From: Candidatus Latescibacterota bacterium | GTDB lineage: Bacteria > Latescibacterota > UBA2968 > GCA-2709665 | Assembly (NCBI GenBank): GCA_965219455.1 | Contig: OZ244744.1 | Coordinates: 3,872,001 to 3,936,000, forward strand | Reading direction: 5' to 3' | DNA: 64,000 bases | In this document: positions 1 through 9,101 of the stretch, in pieces | Position numbering within the stretch: position 1 is the first letter of the stretch | Layout: each line of letters begins with the position of its first letter | Made by a program: the position numbers and the translations under genes | The notes under the pieces: model-generated | Told to the model about the DNA's origin: nothing | What the model saw: only the letters and a program-made list of their open reading frames with translations | The model's database searches: none

Positions 1-1275
1 GGCACCTGGAACATGGATCACTGGAAGCGGACCTCGCAGCAGCGCCAGGACGCATGGCGTTACCTTCAAACGGAGAACAAGGCTGACGTTATGCTGCTCC
101 AGGAAAGCGTTGCTCCGTCTGACATCCCCCGCAACCGATTCGTACACCGCGAGATCGCTGGCCGGCGGCCCTGGGGCTCGTCGGTTGTGGCGTTCGCCGA
201 TGACCTGGAAACAGAGGAGATCGATGCCGTGGGTACACGCTACGGCCCAACGAGGTTCAGTATGCTGGGAAGCCTTCCGGGTTCCGTGATTGTTGCTCGA
301 ATCCACGTGCCTGAAGTGGGCCCAATCACCTGTGTGAGTGTGTATGGCGCGATGGATGACGGCTATGCGCAAACAAGGATGTTTCGTGTTATCGCCGACC
401 TGATTCCGCTGTTTGACTCGGATGACGGCAGGCGCGTCATTCTGGGAGGCGACTTCAACGTTACAACTGCGGCAGGTCCGGATACGCTCGAACTGCCTCG
501 ATACCGCGCCCTGTTCGTTGCCATTGAATCACTCGGGCTCGTCAATCTCGTTACGACGGCAAAGGATCGTCCAGACCCCATGCCGGGTTGTCCATGCGGC
601 ACCGTCGACTGCCGCCACGTGCGAACGTTCGGCGACAATCCGGGCACACAGCTGGATTGGCTGTATGCCACGAAGGAACTCGCGCATCGGTGCACGCGGC
701 TGCGAGTCGATCACAACGTCATGGGCACCCGGAGTGACCACGCGCCTCTCATTGCCGAGTTTAAAGTCCCCCCACTCAAGGGCGGCATGGTTGTCGATCC
801 GGACTCATTTGTGCAGGAGTTGGGGGTCCGTGCCGGCTGCAAGTGTACTCGAATTGCCGAAGAACTGATTGCGTGGGCGCACCGGAAACACGTCGAACTC
901 GAAGGATCGGGCCGCAGGGTCGCGTATTTCAATCGAATGCCGACGCGCAATACCGATCCGCCGGAGATCTGGTTCCAACTCGACAGATTGCCATTGGCAG
1001 ACGGTAAGGGATTGTTGCAGTGGACCTTCAGTATCAAGGCTGACGGCCGCGTGGTCGTCCAATTCCAATACATGGCCCCCGCATTCGATACAATGAATGC
1101 TCGCGAAGAACTATGGTCTGATTTGTGCCGGATTGAAGGCGTGACCTTGGACAAGCGTCTGAACGGGCGACCGAGCTTTCCGTTGCAAAACCTCGCGCAA
1201 TCCGAACGCCGCGAGCAGTTTCAACGGGTGTTTTCCAACATGATCGACAAGACGCTGCGCGATAAAGCGGATTGA
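1..1275 (+). CDS. Endonuclease/exonuclease/phosphatase (EEP) family protein with extra C-terminal domain; 5' partial
   Basis: The frame is open from base 1 (GTWNMDHW, the EEP first-strand xTWN motif). Motifs DVMLLQE, GGDFN, QLDWLY and SDHAP are followed by a ~165-aa C-terminal domain (QFQYM...RPSFPL). The stop TGA lies inside GCGGATTGAAAC. Confidence 0.8.
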   Translation, partial: GTWNMDHWKRTSQQRQDAWRYLQTENKADVMLLQESVAPSDIPRNRFVHREIAGRRPWGSSVVAFADDLETEEIDAVGTRYGPTRFSMLGSLPGSVIVARIHVPEVGPITCVSVYGAMDDGYAQTRMFRVIADLIPLFDSDDGRRVILGGDFNVTTAAGPDTLELPRYRALFVAIESLGLVNLVTTAKDRPDPMPGCPCGTVDCRHVRTFGDNPGTQLDWLYATKELAHRCTRLRVDHNVMGTRSDHAPLIAEFKVPPLKGGMVVDPDSFVQELGVRAGCKCTRIAEELIAWAHRKHVELEGSGRRVAYFNRMPTRNTDPPEIWFQLDRLPLADGKGLLQWTFSIKADGRVVVQFQYMAPAFDTMNAREELWSDLCRIEGVTLDKRLNGRPSFPLQNLAQSERREQFQRVFSNMIDKTLRDKAD

Positions 1276-1351
1276 AACTGCGTCTACGAGGGTTTGAATC
1301 TGACCTACAGCCCTTCCCGTGAGAATCTTCCATCAGAACAAGATTTGAAAC
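1267..1351 (+). CRISPR. Degenerate repeat-spacer-repeat unit
   Basis: Repeat 3' end GCGGATTGAAAC (1267-1278), a 36-nt spacer-like segment (1279-1314), then the 37-bp repeat TCCCGTGAGAATCTTCCATCAGAACAAGATTTGAAAC (1315-1351; 33/37 to consensus). Confidence 0.65.
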
Positions 1352-1434
1352 GGCGCCGGCGGCAAAGCAGAGGTCGACGACGCCGTAAGCCTGCTGGCCG
1401 GGCGCCGCCCCGTCCACGAGAGGAGAGAGCGAGC

Positions 1435-2517
1435 ATGGCGCACCTGTTTGGACGCGACTACACGAAGGCGGAGCTGCTGCGGTTGGTCGGCGATATGAGC
1501 CAGCTCGCCGCCGTTCGCCGCGCGGAGCTGACCGAGGGCAACGAGCGCGGCGCCGGATTGATCGAGGTGAGCAACGCCTCCGGACTGAGCTTCTCGGTGC
1601 TGCCCGGACGGGCGCTGGACATCGCCGCCGCCACCTACCAGGGGCGGTCGCTGTGTTTCCGCAGCGCCACCGGCGACGTCGGACCGGCATTCTTCGAGCC
1701 CGCCGGTTACGGCTGGATGCGCAGTTTCTTCGGCGGCCTGCTGATCAGTTGCGGCCTGACCTTCGTCGGCCATCCCGAGACCGACACGGAGGAGGAAGGC
1801 GAGGAACTGGGCCTGCACGGGCGGCTGTCCGCCATCCCGGCGCGCGAGGTGAGCGCCGGCGGAAGCTGGCAGGGAGACCAATACCGCCTGCGCATCGCCG
1901 GCACCATGCGCGAAGCGGTGGCACTTGGCACCACCCTCGAGCTACGCCGCGAAATCACAACGACGCTGGGCGAGCGCCGCATCAGCATCCACGACCGCGT
2001 GGAGAACCTCGGCGGGTTGCGCTCGCCGTTGATGCTGCTGTACCACACCAATCCCGGCTTCCCGCTGCTCGACGAGGGTACCCGGTTCCTGGTCAACAGC
2101 CAGCTCAGCACCGAGTGGCTGCACGATCGCCCGGTCGATGCCGCGGAGTACGAGCGGGCGCGCGCCCCGGAGCCGGGCGCCGGCGACGACGTATACGTGC
2201 ACCGGCCGGTACCGGACGCCAACGGCAACGTGACCGTTGCGTTGATCAACGACCGGCTTGCGTACGGCCTGCAGTGGCGCATGCCGGCTGCCGAGCTACC
2301 GCTGGTCACCCAGTGGCAGCACTTCGCCGCCGCCGGCTATGTGACCGGCGTGGAGCCGGGCAACTGCTCGCCCCTCGGGCGCGCCTGGAACCGCAGGCAC
2401 GACTCCCTGGAGTACCTGGAACCCGGCGCCACACGCGAGTTCCACCTGGAGATCACCGTGCTCGACGGCGCCGCCGACGTCGCCGCCGCAGAGCGCCGCG
2501 TCGCCAACCTGGCTTGA
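1435..2517 (+). CDS. DUF4432 / aldose 1-epimerase-like protein, copy 1
   Basis: RBS-like GAGAGGAGAG before ATG 1435; motifs GRALDI, FFGGLLISCGL, LGLHGR, YHTNPGFPLL, TGVEPGN; near-identical to 15166-16248. Confidence 0.85.
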   Translation: MAHLFGRDYTKAELLRLVGDMSQLAAVRRAELTEGNERGAGLIEVSNASGLSFSVLPGRALDIAAATYQGRSLCFRSATGDVGPAFFEPAGYGWMRSFFGGLLISCGLTFVGHPETDTEEEGEELGLHGRLSAIPAREVSAGGSWQGDQYRLRIAGTMREAVALGTTLELRREITTTLGERRISIHDRVENLGGLRSPLMLLYHTNPGFPLLDEGTRFLVNSQLSTEWLHDRPVDAAEYERARAPEPGAGDDVYVHRPVPDANGNVTVALINDRLAYGLQWRMPAAELPLVTQWQHFAAAGYVTGVEPGNCSPLGRAWNRRHDSLEYLEPGATREFHLEITVLDGAADVAAAERRVANLA

Positions 2518-2598
2518 CCGCGGATAGTGCGTCCCCGCGCCTTAACCGTACACGAGACGCACCCCACAGAACAGCAGTGCCTCGCGTGCGCTCCACAC

Positions 2599-2914
2599 AC
2601 CGTCGGGAATCTTCCATCAGAACAAGGATTGAAACAGCTTATCATAGATCCAGAGTTGGAGTATGGGTCAGGTCGCCCCCCGTGCGGGAGCGGATTGAAA
2701 CAATATCACCGATGCAGAAAAGAACCAGGCGATCCATCTCCCCTCACTTCGGTGGGGGGAGCGGATTGAAACGTTGTTCGTCAAGCGTCCGACGCTGATT
2801 TCGTATTACATCTCCCCTCACTTCGGTGGCCTGCATGCTGCAAGCGGGGGAAGCGGATTGAAACAGGCTGGTGTCGCGCTGTTACCGGCCGGTTTTTTTT
2901 GTCTCCCGTCATTT
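2599..2914 (+). CRISPR. Orphan chimeric CRISPR mini-array (4 spacers, three repeat types)
   Basis: Repeats: 2599-2635 ACCGTCGGGAATCTTCCATCAGAACAAGGATTGAAAC; 2672-2701 GTCGCCCCCCGTGCGGGAGCGGATTGAAAC; 2736-2772 ATCTCCCCTCACTTCGGTGGGGGGAGCGGATTGAAAC; 2810-2864 the same with an 18-nt insertion; 2901-2914 degenerate start GTCTCCCGTCATTT. Spacers are 36, 34, 37 and 36 nt. Confidence 0.85.
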
Positions 2915-2954
2915 ATTTTTCATGTTCAACAACAGTGAATATTCCAGATCGGGA

Positions 2955-2982
2955 TTGAATCCCGCGTTTTCTTCTGTATATT
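2955..2982 (+). promoter_or_regulatory. Putative sigma70 promoter
   Basis: TTGAAT-16nt-TATATT upstream of the 945-aa ORF; homologous to 23055-23083. Confidence 0.45.
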
Positions 2983-3143
2983 CATCTCGACGCGGAGGTG
3001 CGTGTCGACGTGCCGAATAGCGGTTTGCGGAACTCCTCTTTGGCCAAAACGTATCTGCTGGTCATAGTACGAACCGCTATCCTCGGCTCGTCTGGTCCTT
3101 GTAACTGATCTTCTACACAATACACGGTGGGTAATTTGGACGT

Positions 3144-5981
3144 ATGTATGGACGAAACGAGGGTCACATGAATCGGCGCAAAGAATACGTCAGGGGTCAT
3201 CTTCGGCACCTCTGCGACGTGAATCTCCGACAACCATGGAATTCGAAATTCTGGCGGGTTGTTCGCTTTTCTTTTTTTCTTCTGATCGCCCTCCTGTGCG
3301 TGCCACCGTTTCTGCGCGCGCAACCCATCGCCATTGACCCAAATGCGCTCGACTTGGGTGTAGTTGGCGTCGGCGTGGAGACGCGAGCGTCCGTTTCGAT
3401 AGAAAACCTGAAAGACGACGCGCTTGAGGTGATCGTCGGCATTAGCGGCGACGGCTTTAGAGCGTTATCAGATACGCTACGCTTGGACGGCATGGGCGTC
3501 AGCATCGTCGAAGTGAGCTTTAGCGCCACTGCGGCCGGGGAGTATTCGGGCGAACTGACGATGCAAGTTGCCTCCTTATTCATAGACCAGCGCTTAGTCG
3601 TGCCGCTCCAAGCGGCAGCCGTCGTTCCAACCTTCGTGCTTCTACCAGCGGAGGGGCTGGATTTTGGCGCGGTGCCCGTCGGGCAAGTGGCGCTGGCGGT
3701 TGTTATAGTCAGAAATACTGGAACCGTGCCGGTGGCGGCTGGACAGATGGAAGTTGCCGACCTACAAGGCCCCTTTAGCGTTGAGGGCGATGTCGGCCCT
3801 TGGCCAGCTCCCGGCGGTGAAACGGGGATAAACGTTGCGTTTGCACCGACGGGCGCGGGGCTAGTCGCGACTGAGTTCGTCGTCACCGCACCCGACTTTG
3901 GGGATTGGTCCATTCCCCTGCAGGGGAGCGGTTTGGTGCCGGAAGCGGTTTTTTCTCCCCTCCCGGTAGTAGGCCTTGATTTTGGCACCGTCGAAGTGGG
4001 TCGGCGATTAACGCGCGACGTGACTGTTCTAAATCAGGGGCAAGCCGAGTTGCAAGTTGAAAACGTCGCCATCGAGGGTGCAGCATTTACCCTTGGAATA
4101 GGGAACTCATCGGCGACCATTGCTCCCACGGGGCGACATAATCTGAGCGCAGCGTTTGTGCCGCAGAGCGAAGGCGACCAAAGCGGTATCATGCGCCTGT
4201 ACACCAACGATCCGCAAGCTGCAAACGTTGCCATCCCCCTCGCGGGTCGCGGCCAAATCAGCCCGCCGCGCATCGAGATTATTAATGGCGACATTGACTT
4301 CGGCAGCGTGCCTATCGGCGAGAGCGAGCGCAGCCATTTGCTATTGTGGAACAAGGGTGGCCGGCCCGGTGTGGTGGAGGTCGCCGTGACTGCAGGTGAG
4401 GGTGTTGAATTTGGTCTCGAACAGACCTCGGTTCTCGTCCAGCCTAGGGCCAGCGCCCAAGTAGCTTTGAGTTTTTCGCCCAAGGAAGTCGGCTCTCGCC
4501 AAGCTACCCTTCACGTCGAGGCCGAAGCCGAGCGCCAGATTGTGCGCTTGCAGGGCGTAGGCCAGTTTATTGCCCTCAAACCGGCGACCGTGGACTTCGG
4601 TCGCGTCGCCGTCGGCGAAAGCAGCAGCCGAGTCGTCGAAATAGCCAATGTCGGCAACGCCGACTTTGAGATCCACCAGATTCGCTCGACGAGCACCGAA
4701 TTTACCGTTCCCACCCAAATCGACTTCAACAGGAGGTTCCTGCTGCCGCCCAACAGTCAGCGCACTTTGCCGCTGGAAGTGACCTTCATCCCGTCGGCGC
4801 GCGGAGCGATTTCGGGGAACTTGCGGTTGGACGGTTTGGGCGCGAAAGAGATAATGGCTCAAAACTTGTTGCTCAAGGGCCACGGCGTGGCCGCGGAAAT
4901 CGAGTTGAATCCGGAGGGCATCGTTGATTTTGGCTATGCGGTCTTGGGAGAGCAGGCGGAAAGGACCTTCGTGGTCACGAACGTCGGCGATACCGTGCTG
5001 CGAGTTGAGGCGCATCCCCTAAACAACGAAGCCCATATTGCACCGGCGCAATTCGCGCTGGCCGCGGGCAAGTCAGCGGACGTCACGCTCTTTTTTGCGC
5101 CCGATGCTTTAGGCGATCGCCGAGGGCGCGTTTTATTGGTCAGCAACAACGTCAAGGATCGTGCCCGTCCGCTCGAATACAAGGGGCACGGGGTACTCGC
5201 AGACATCGACTTGGCGCAGATTGTCGAGGTCCGGGTCACCCGCGGCGATAAGACCCAACCCTTGGCCGTTGGTTGGAACAATGTCCCCGTTGTGCAAAAA
5301 GACGGCACCAAAGTGGATGTGTCCTTTGCGATTCCCGACTCGCTGCGGCGGGCGCTAATCGGTCGCGAGATGGTCGTCGAGTGGACGCGGCTCGACGAAA
5401 ACTACGCCCCCAAAGGCAATAGCAGTAACCAAAAGCTGAAGGTTAGAATCAACGAATCGAGCGGCGGGCGGGTCTTAGCCGAGGATCTCAATTTGCAGCT
5501 GTCAGAAGACGACAATCGCCGAGTGCGACTCAGAATCACAACCCGAAGTTACCCGGGTGCGGAGTCTCAGAGCGTATCGCAGATTCTGGAAGCAGGGGGC
5601 TGGAAGTGGGAGTTTGAGGCCAAGCCGCTGTTTTCCTTTTTGACGATTCGTCCTGGGCGCGACTATACAGACGCCGATGGCAACGCGGTCCAAGGCAGAA
5701 CTGAGCGCCTGCTTGGCCTGCCCGGACTCGCTTTTGCCGGCTGGCACAACGTCGATAACCCGTCAATTTCCGGCATCCATCTGACCGTTATCGGCAACGT
5801 CCTCGAAGGCCTTTCAACCGAAAAATCGCTAGCCATTTCTCTGGGCGCGGCCGTTTCTTTTTACAAGGATCAGTTTCTCTTCGGCTTCGGGTGGGACATT
5901 TACGACAATCGACCCTTGGCCAGGAAGCAGGGTTCGCAGGACTACATTATGACCTTTAAGTACTCGGGACTGTTCAGGTGA
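3144..5981 (+). CDS. Exported protein with ~6 tandem Ig-like (choice-of-anchor D / ASH-type) domains
   Basis: Signal-peptide-like FFLLIALLCVPPFLRAQ; repeated ~100-aa units LDFGxVxVG...NxG...F-x-P...LxGxG; beta-rich C-terminus. The true start is probably downstream of 3144. Confidence 0.75.
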   Translation: MYGRNEGHMNRRKEYVRGHLRHLCDVNLRQPWNSKFWRVVRFSFFLLIALLCVPPFLRAQPIAIDPNALDLGVVGVGVETRASVSIENLKDDALEVIVGISGDGFRALSDTLRLDGMGVSIVEVSFSATAAGEYSGELTMQVASLFIDQRLVVPLQAAAVVPTFVLLPAEGLDFGAVPVGQVALAVVIVRNTGTVPVAAGQMEVADLQGPFSVEGDVGPWPAPGGETGINVAFAPTGAGLVATEFVVTAPDFGDWSIPLQGSGLVPEAVFSPLPVVGLDFGTVEVGRRLTRDVTVLNQGQAELQVENVAIEGAAFTLGIGNSSATIAPTGRHNLSAAFVPQSEGDQSGIMRLYTNDPQAANVAIPLAGRGQISPPRIEIINGDIDFGSVPIGESERSHLLLWNKGGRPGVVEVAVTAGEGVEFGLEQTSVLVQPRASAQVALSFSPKEVGSRQATLHVEAEAERQIVRLQGVGQFIALKPATVDFGRVAVGESSSRVVEIANVGNADFEIHQIRSTSTEFTVPTQIDFNRRFLLPPNSQRTLPLEVTFIPSARGAISGNLRLDGLGAKEIMAQNLLLKGHGVAAEIELNPEGIVDFGYAVLGEQAERTFVVTNVGDTVLRVEAHPLNNEAHIAPAQFALAAGKSADVTLFFAPDALGDRRGRVLLVSNNVKDRARPLEYKGHGVLADIDLAQIVEVRVTRGDKTQPLAVGWNNVPVVQKDGTKVDVSFAIPDSLRRALIGREMVVEWTRLDENYAPKGNSSNQKLKVRINESSGGRVLAEDLNLQLSEDDNRRVRLRITTRSYPGAESQSVSQILEAGGWKWEFEAKPLFSFLTIRPGRDYTDADGNAVQGRTERLLGLPGLAFAGWHNVDNPSISGIHLTVIGNVLEGLSTEKSLAISLGAAVSFYKDQFLFGFGWDIYDNRPLARKQGSQDYIMTFKYSGLFR

Positions 5982-6082
5982 GCAGGCAGTGGTACGCCAT
6001 GGCCGGGGCTCACAGGAACTTCGCCCCCATCTTCGTCAGATACACGGCGCTTGGCGCAATCCTTCTAAGGTAACCTCAACCG

Positions 6083-6274
6083 ATGAGAGCCCCACATCCA
6101 TTCGCCGGCAATCCTCTCGACCGAGGCGAACGGGAACGCCGGGACGAAGGCTGGATCGAGCTTCGCGAAGTGCTGCTGGCCCTCGACGGCAAGTGCAAAG
6201 TGCTGTCGGTGCCCGGCCCCATCGCCATCGCCCAACACCTGATCAAGGCCAGGGCCACCCGTGAACGGTTCTGA
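6083..6274 (+). pseudogene. Chimeric fragment; N-terminus resembles the start of NudC (NADH pyrophosphatase)
   Basis: MRAPHPFAGNPLDRGERERRDEGW resembles NudC N-termini, then switches to unrelated sequence. Confidence 0.3.
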
Positions 6275-6371
6275 ACTGGCTCAACTGCGGGCCTCGCATT
6301 CGTAGGCGTAAATGCGAAGTCTCGCCTCGTCAGCCCTGTATCCCGACGAATGGATTATAGGAGGTGAAGAA

Positions 6372-7241
6372 TTGAAGGTCATATTCAGTCGCAAGGGATT
6401 CGACTCGGCGAACGGCGGCGTGCCCAGTCCTATTTTTCCGGACGGTACCGCCTTGTCTCTACCCATTCCGTATAAGAGAAGCCCGACGCGCTTCAGGGAC
6501 GTACAATGGCGTGGTGAGTCTCTCGGTCCGATCGTGGAGAATTTGTCCAACCGTCGTGTAAAGGGAGGGGAACGATGCCATCTGGATCCGGATCTGAACG
6601 CCGATGCCCTTGAGCGCTTGCCCGGTTGGCGGCCGGCGTTCGGGCAGGTGGAAAAAGCTCAGAGCCATCTGGAAAACCAGGGTGTTGGGCTCGGCGACCT
6701 CTTTCTGTTCTTCGGGTGGTTCCGCGCCGTGGAACCGGAGAATGGATCCATGTGGCGCTACGTCCCAAACGCACCTGGCGTGCACAGGTTGTTCGGTTGG
6801 CTCCTGGTTTCCGAGGTCGTGCCCGTCGAGGGGAATCTGACGCGCGCCCGCTCCGAGCGTCCATGGCTATCCAAGCATCCGCACCTGAATCGGCATTGGG
6901 ACAACAACACCGTCTATATTGCGAGTGAGAAGCTCAACATCACGGGACTAACCTCTCGAACCGGCGCCGGTCTTTTTGGTGGGAGCGGAGAACGTCTCAC
7001 GTTGACGGCACCGCGATCGGCGAAACGCAGCAGATGGCGGCTGCCGTCGTGGTTTTATCCCCCAGGCAGTCGTCCAATACTCAGCTACCATTACAATAGG
7101 AAACTTTGGCGTCGCCGAAAACCGTGGGCATACGTAAACACGGTCGGCCGGGGGCAGGAGTTCGTGTTCGATGCCGACGGTATTCCCGAGGCAGAATCCT
7201 GGCTGCGCAGCCTGTTCGACAGTTCAATTGGCAGCCATTGA
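6372..7241 (+). CDS. Nucleotide modification-associated domain 3 (Nmad3) protein
   Basis: RBS GGAGGTG before TTG 6372; motifs IFSRKGFDS..GG.PSPI, CHLDPDL, AFGQ...AQSHL.NQGV..GDLFLFFGWF, GRGQEFV. Confidence 0.75.
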   Translation: MKVIFSRKGFDSANGGVPSPIFPDGTALSLPIPYKRSPTRFRDVQWRGESLGPIVENLSNRRVKGGERCHLDPDLNADALERLPGWRPAFGQVEKAQSHLENQGVGLGDLFLFFGWFRAVEPENGSMWRYVPNAPGVHRLFGWLLVSEVVPVEGNLTRARSERPWLSKHPHLNRHWDNNTVYIASEKLNITGLTSRTGAGLFGGSGERLTLTAPRSAKRSRWRLPSWFYPPGSRPILSYHYNRKLWRRRKPWAYVNTVGRGQEFVFDADGIPEAESWLRSLFDSSIGSH

Positions 7242-7581
7242 TCAGAGTACGTGATAGAAACGGAAATGCAGTTGCTTTCCGCCCATTAAATGACATATAT
7301 TTGTAGGACAGTCGTGTCAAGTCTGTTAACAGAGATTCTTGGGTTTTAAACACGAATTGGTGTTTCGTGCATTAATCGAGATTTCCTACGGATAAGGTTC
7401 TTGTCTTGCTTGCCCTTGGCCTCGAAATTAATCGCATCTAAAGCGTTGTTTTCCTACGGTTTGTCCTTTATACCCGGGTGTCTGGCATGCTATCACAATT
7501 ATCCGGCGTGTAGCTTCGATTTTATGTCCTGATTTTCGCCGAAATTGACACTGTGCGGCTGTCTACGTTGAGGATATAATA

Positions 7582-8520
7582 GTGGCAGCGAAAGTTTTCG
7601 CCTTTATCAACTACAAAGGTGGCGTTGCAAAAACAACATCAGCCTACCACGTTGGGTGTTGGTTGGCTGGTATAAAAAACAAGAGAGTCTTGCTGATCGA
7701 TATTGATCCACAGACGAACCTCACCTTTCTGTGCGCGTCAATCGACGACTGGGATAGGCGAAAGTCGAGAGTAGGTACGATTGCCACCATGTATAAGAGA
7801 TATTTGGATGGCAAACCGATAGATGTCAAGAAATATCTGTGGAAAACCCCCATTCGCTTAAGGGATGGTCGCCGCCATCCACGAGTTGATTTGATCCCAT
7901 GCGATATAGATTTGATCGGTGAGGATATTGGCGGCGGCCAAATCGCCGGCGCATACCCAAGTTTGGAAGCGCTAATGACGAACGCGAAGCAGTTTATGCG
8001 TGAACGAGAGTTCCTTTTGAAGGCCATCAATGAAGTGCGAGACAATTACGACTATATCCTAATTGATTGTCCGCCAAACCTTTATTTGATGACACAGAAT
8101 GCGCTTGTAGCTGGTGGTTACTATATTGTCACTGCGATACCAGACCATCTTTCTACTATTGGTTTGAACATCCTTATCGGAAAAGTCAAGAGAATCGGGG
8201 AGCTTGTGACTTCCGCAACAGTCCTGGCCGGTCGACAGGCAGATCGCCAGCGGGTTGCAGAGTTGGGTGCCGTTCTATTCGTGCGGGTACGAATCGGAGG
8301 TGCAATGCTAACAACCGCACATGCCAATAAAATGGACGAGGTTCGATCGTCCCTAGATGTCGGCAAATGCTTCGAGACTCATACAACCGAGTTGATCGGG
8401 TACACTGAAGCCGCCGAAAACAGTCTACCCATATGGTTGCATGATTCTGAAAATGCCAGACGGGCTTCGGAAAAGCAGGAGTATCCAATGATCGTCGACG
8501 AACTGTTGAGGAAGTTCTAA
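7582..8520 (+). CDS. ParA/Soj family ATPase
   Basis: Deviant Walker A NYKGGVAKTT, VLLIDIDPQTNLT, YDYILIDCPPN; visibly AT-richer than the flanks. Confidence 0.85.
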   Translation: MAAKVFAFINYKGGVAKTTSAYHVGCWLAGIKNKRVLLIDIDPQTNLTFLCASIDDWDRRKSRVGTIATMYKRYLDGKPIDVKKYLWKTPIRLRDGRRHPRVDLIPCDIDLIGEDIGGGQIAGAYPSLEALMTNAKQFMREREFLLKAINEVRDNYDYILIDCPPNLYLMTQNALVAGGYYIVTAIPDHLSTIGLNILIGKVKRIGELVTSATVLAGRQADRQRVAELGAVLFVRVRIGGAMLTTAHANKMDEVRSSLDVGKCFETHTTELIGYTEAAENSLPIWLHDSENARRASEKQEYPMIVDELLRKF

Positions 8521-8522
8521 GA

Positions 8523-9101
8523 ATGAGCAATTCAGTAAAGTTGACAGGAAGGAAATTGGACAGCTTCCTTAGCAAGCTGTCTGAGTTGGTTGATGCGTTG
8601 CCTACAGAGGAAACAAAACACCGACTTGATCGAGAATTGGAAGCACTAATTAGGTTTCTACAAGACTTCCAGATCAGGTTAAGGTCGCTTCCGGTGGGAG
8701 AAGACGTACAGGGCGTCACATCAACGATAGAGACGATAAAAGATTGTGTACGGGTGGCGGAGTCCGACCCTGTGCTTTCCACTGTTCTCGGTCTTTCGTC
8801 GGACAGTAAAGCGACGAGGAAGCCTCCGCGCAACGCGTATACGGTACAGAAACGCAAGCACGCAAAGGCAATAGCGGAGGAGTTAAAAGGGTTGTCACCC
8901 CCGGATGTCGAACGTAAGTTGGCGAACAGCAAAGAGTTCAATATTCCAATGTTGAGACAGATTGGCGCAGAACTGGGACTCGATGTGCCATCCAAGGCAA
9001 CCCGTCTATCGATAATTGAAAAAATCGTAAAGAAGACGGCCAATCTACGCGGGTACGATTTTTTAAGGCGTGGTTCAGACAAGAATATTAAGCTATCATA
9101 G
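8523..9101 (+). CDS. Hypothetical protein, coupled to the ParA gene
   Basis: Starts 2 nt after the ParA stop with the same AT-richer composition; helical, basic; C-terminal LRQIGAELGLDVPSKATRLSIIEKI. Confidence 0.7.
   Translation: MSNSVKLTGRKLDSFLSKLSELVDALPTEETKHRLDRELEALIRFLQDFQIRLRSLPVGEDVQGVTSTIETIKDCVRVAESDPVLSTVLGLSSDSKATRKPPRNAYTVQKRKHAKAIAEELKGLSPPDVERKLANSKEFNIPMLRQIGAELGLDVPSKATRLSIIEKIVKKTANLRGYDFLRRGSDKNIKLS

Noticed and set aside
1294-1434. 47-aa N-terminal extension of DUF4432 copy 1 from TTG 1294
   Set aside because: It reads through the spacer and repeat; copy 2 and the RBS support ATG 1435.
2636-2671. Spacer similarity to 9091-9110 (self-targeting)
   Set aside because: Short gapped match of the kind expected by chance; no spacer has a convincing target in the window.
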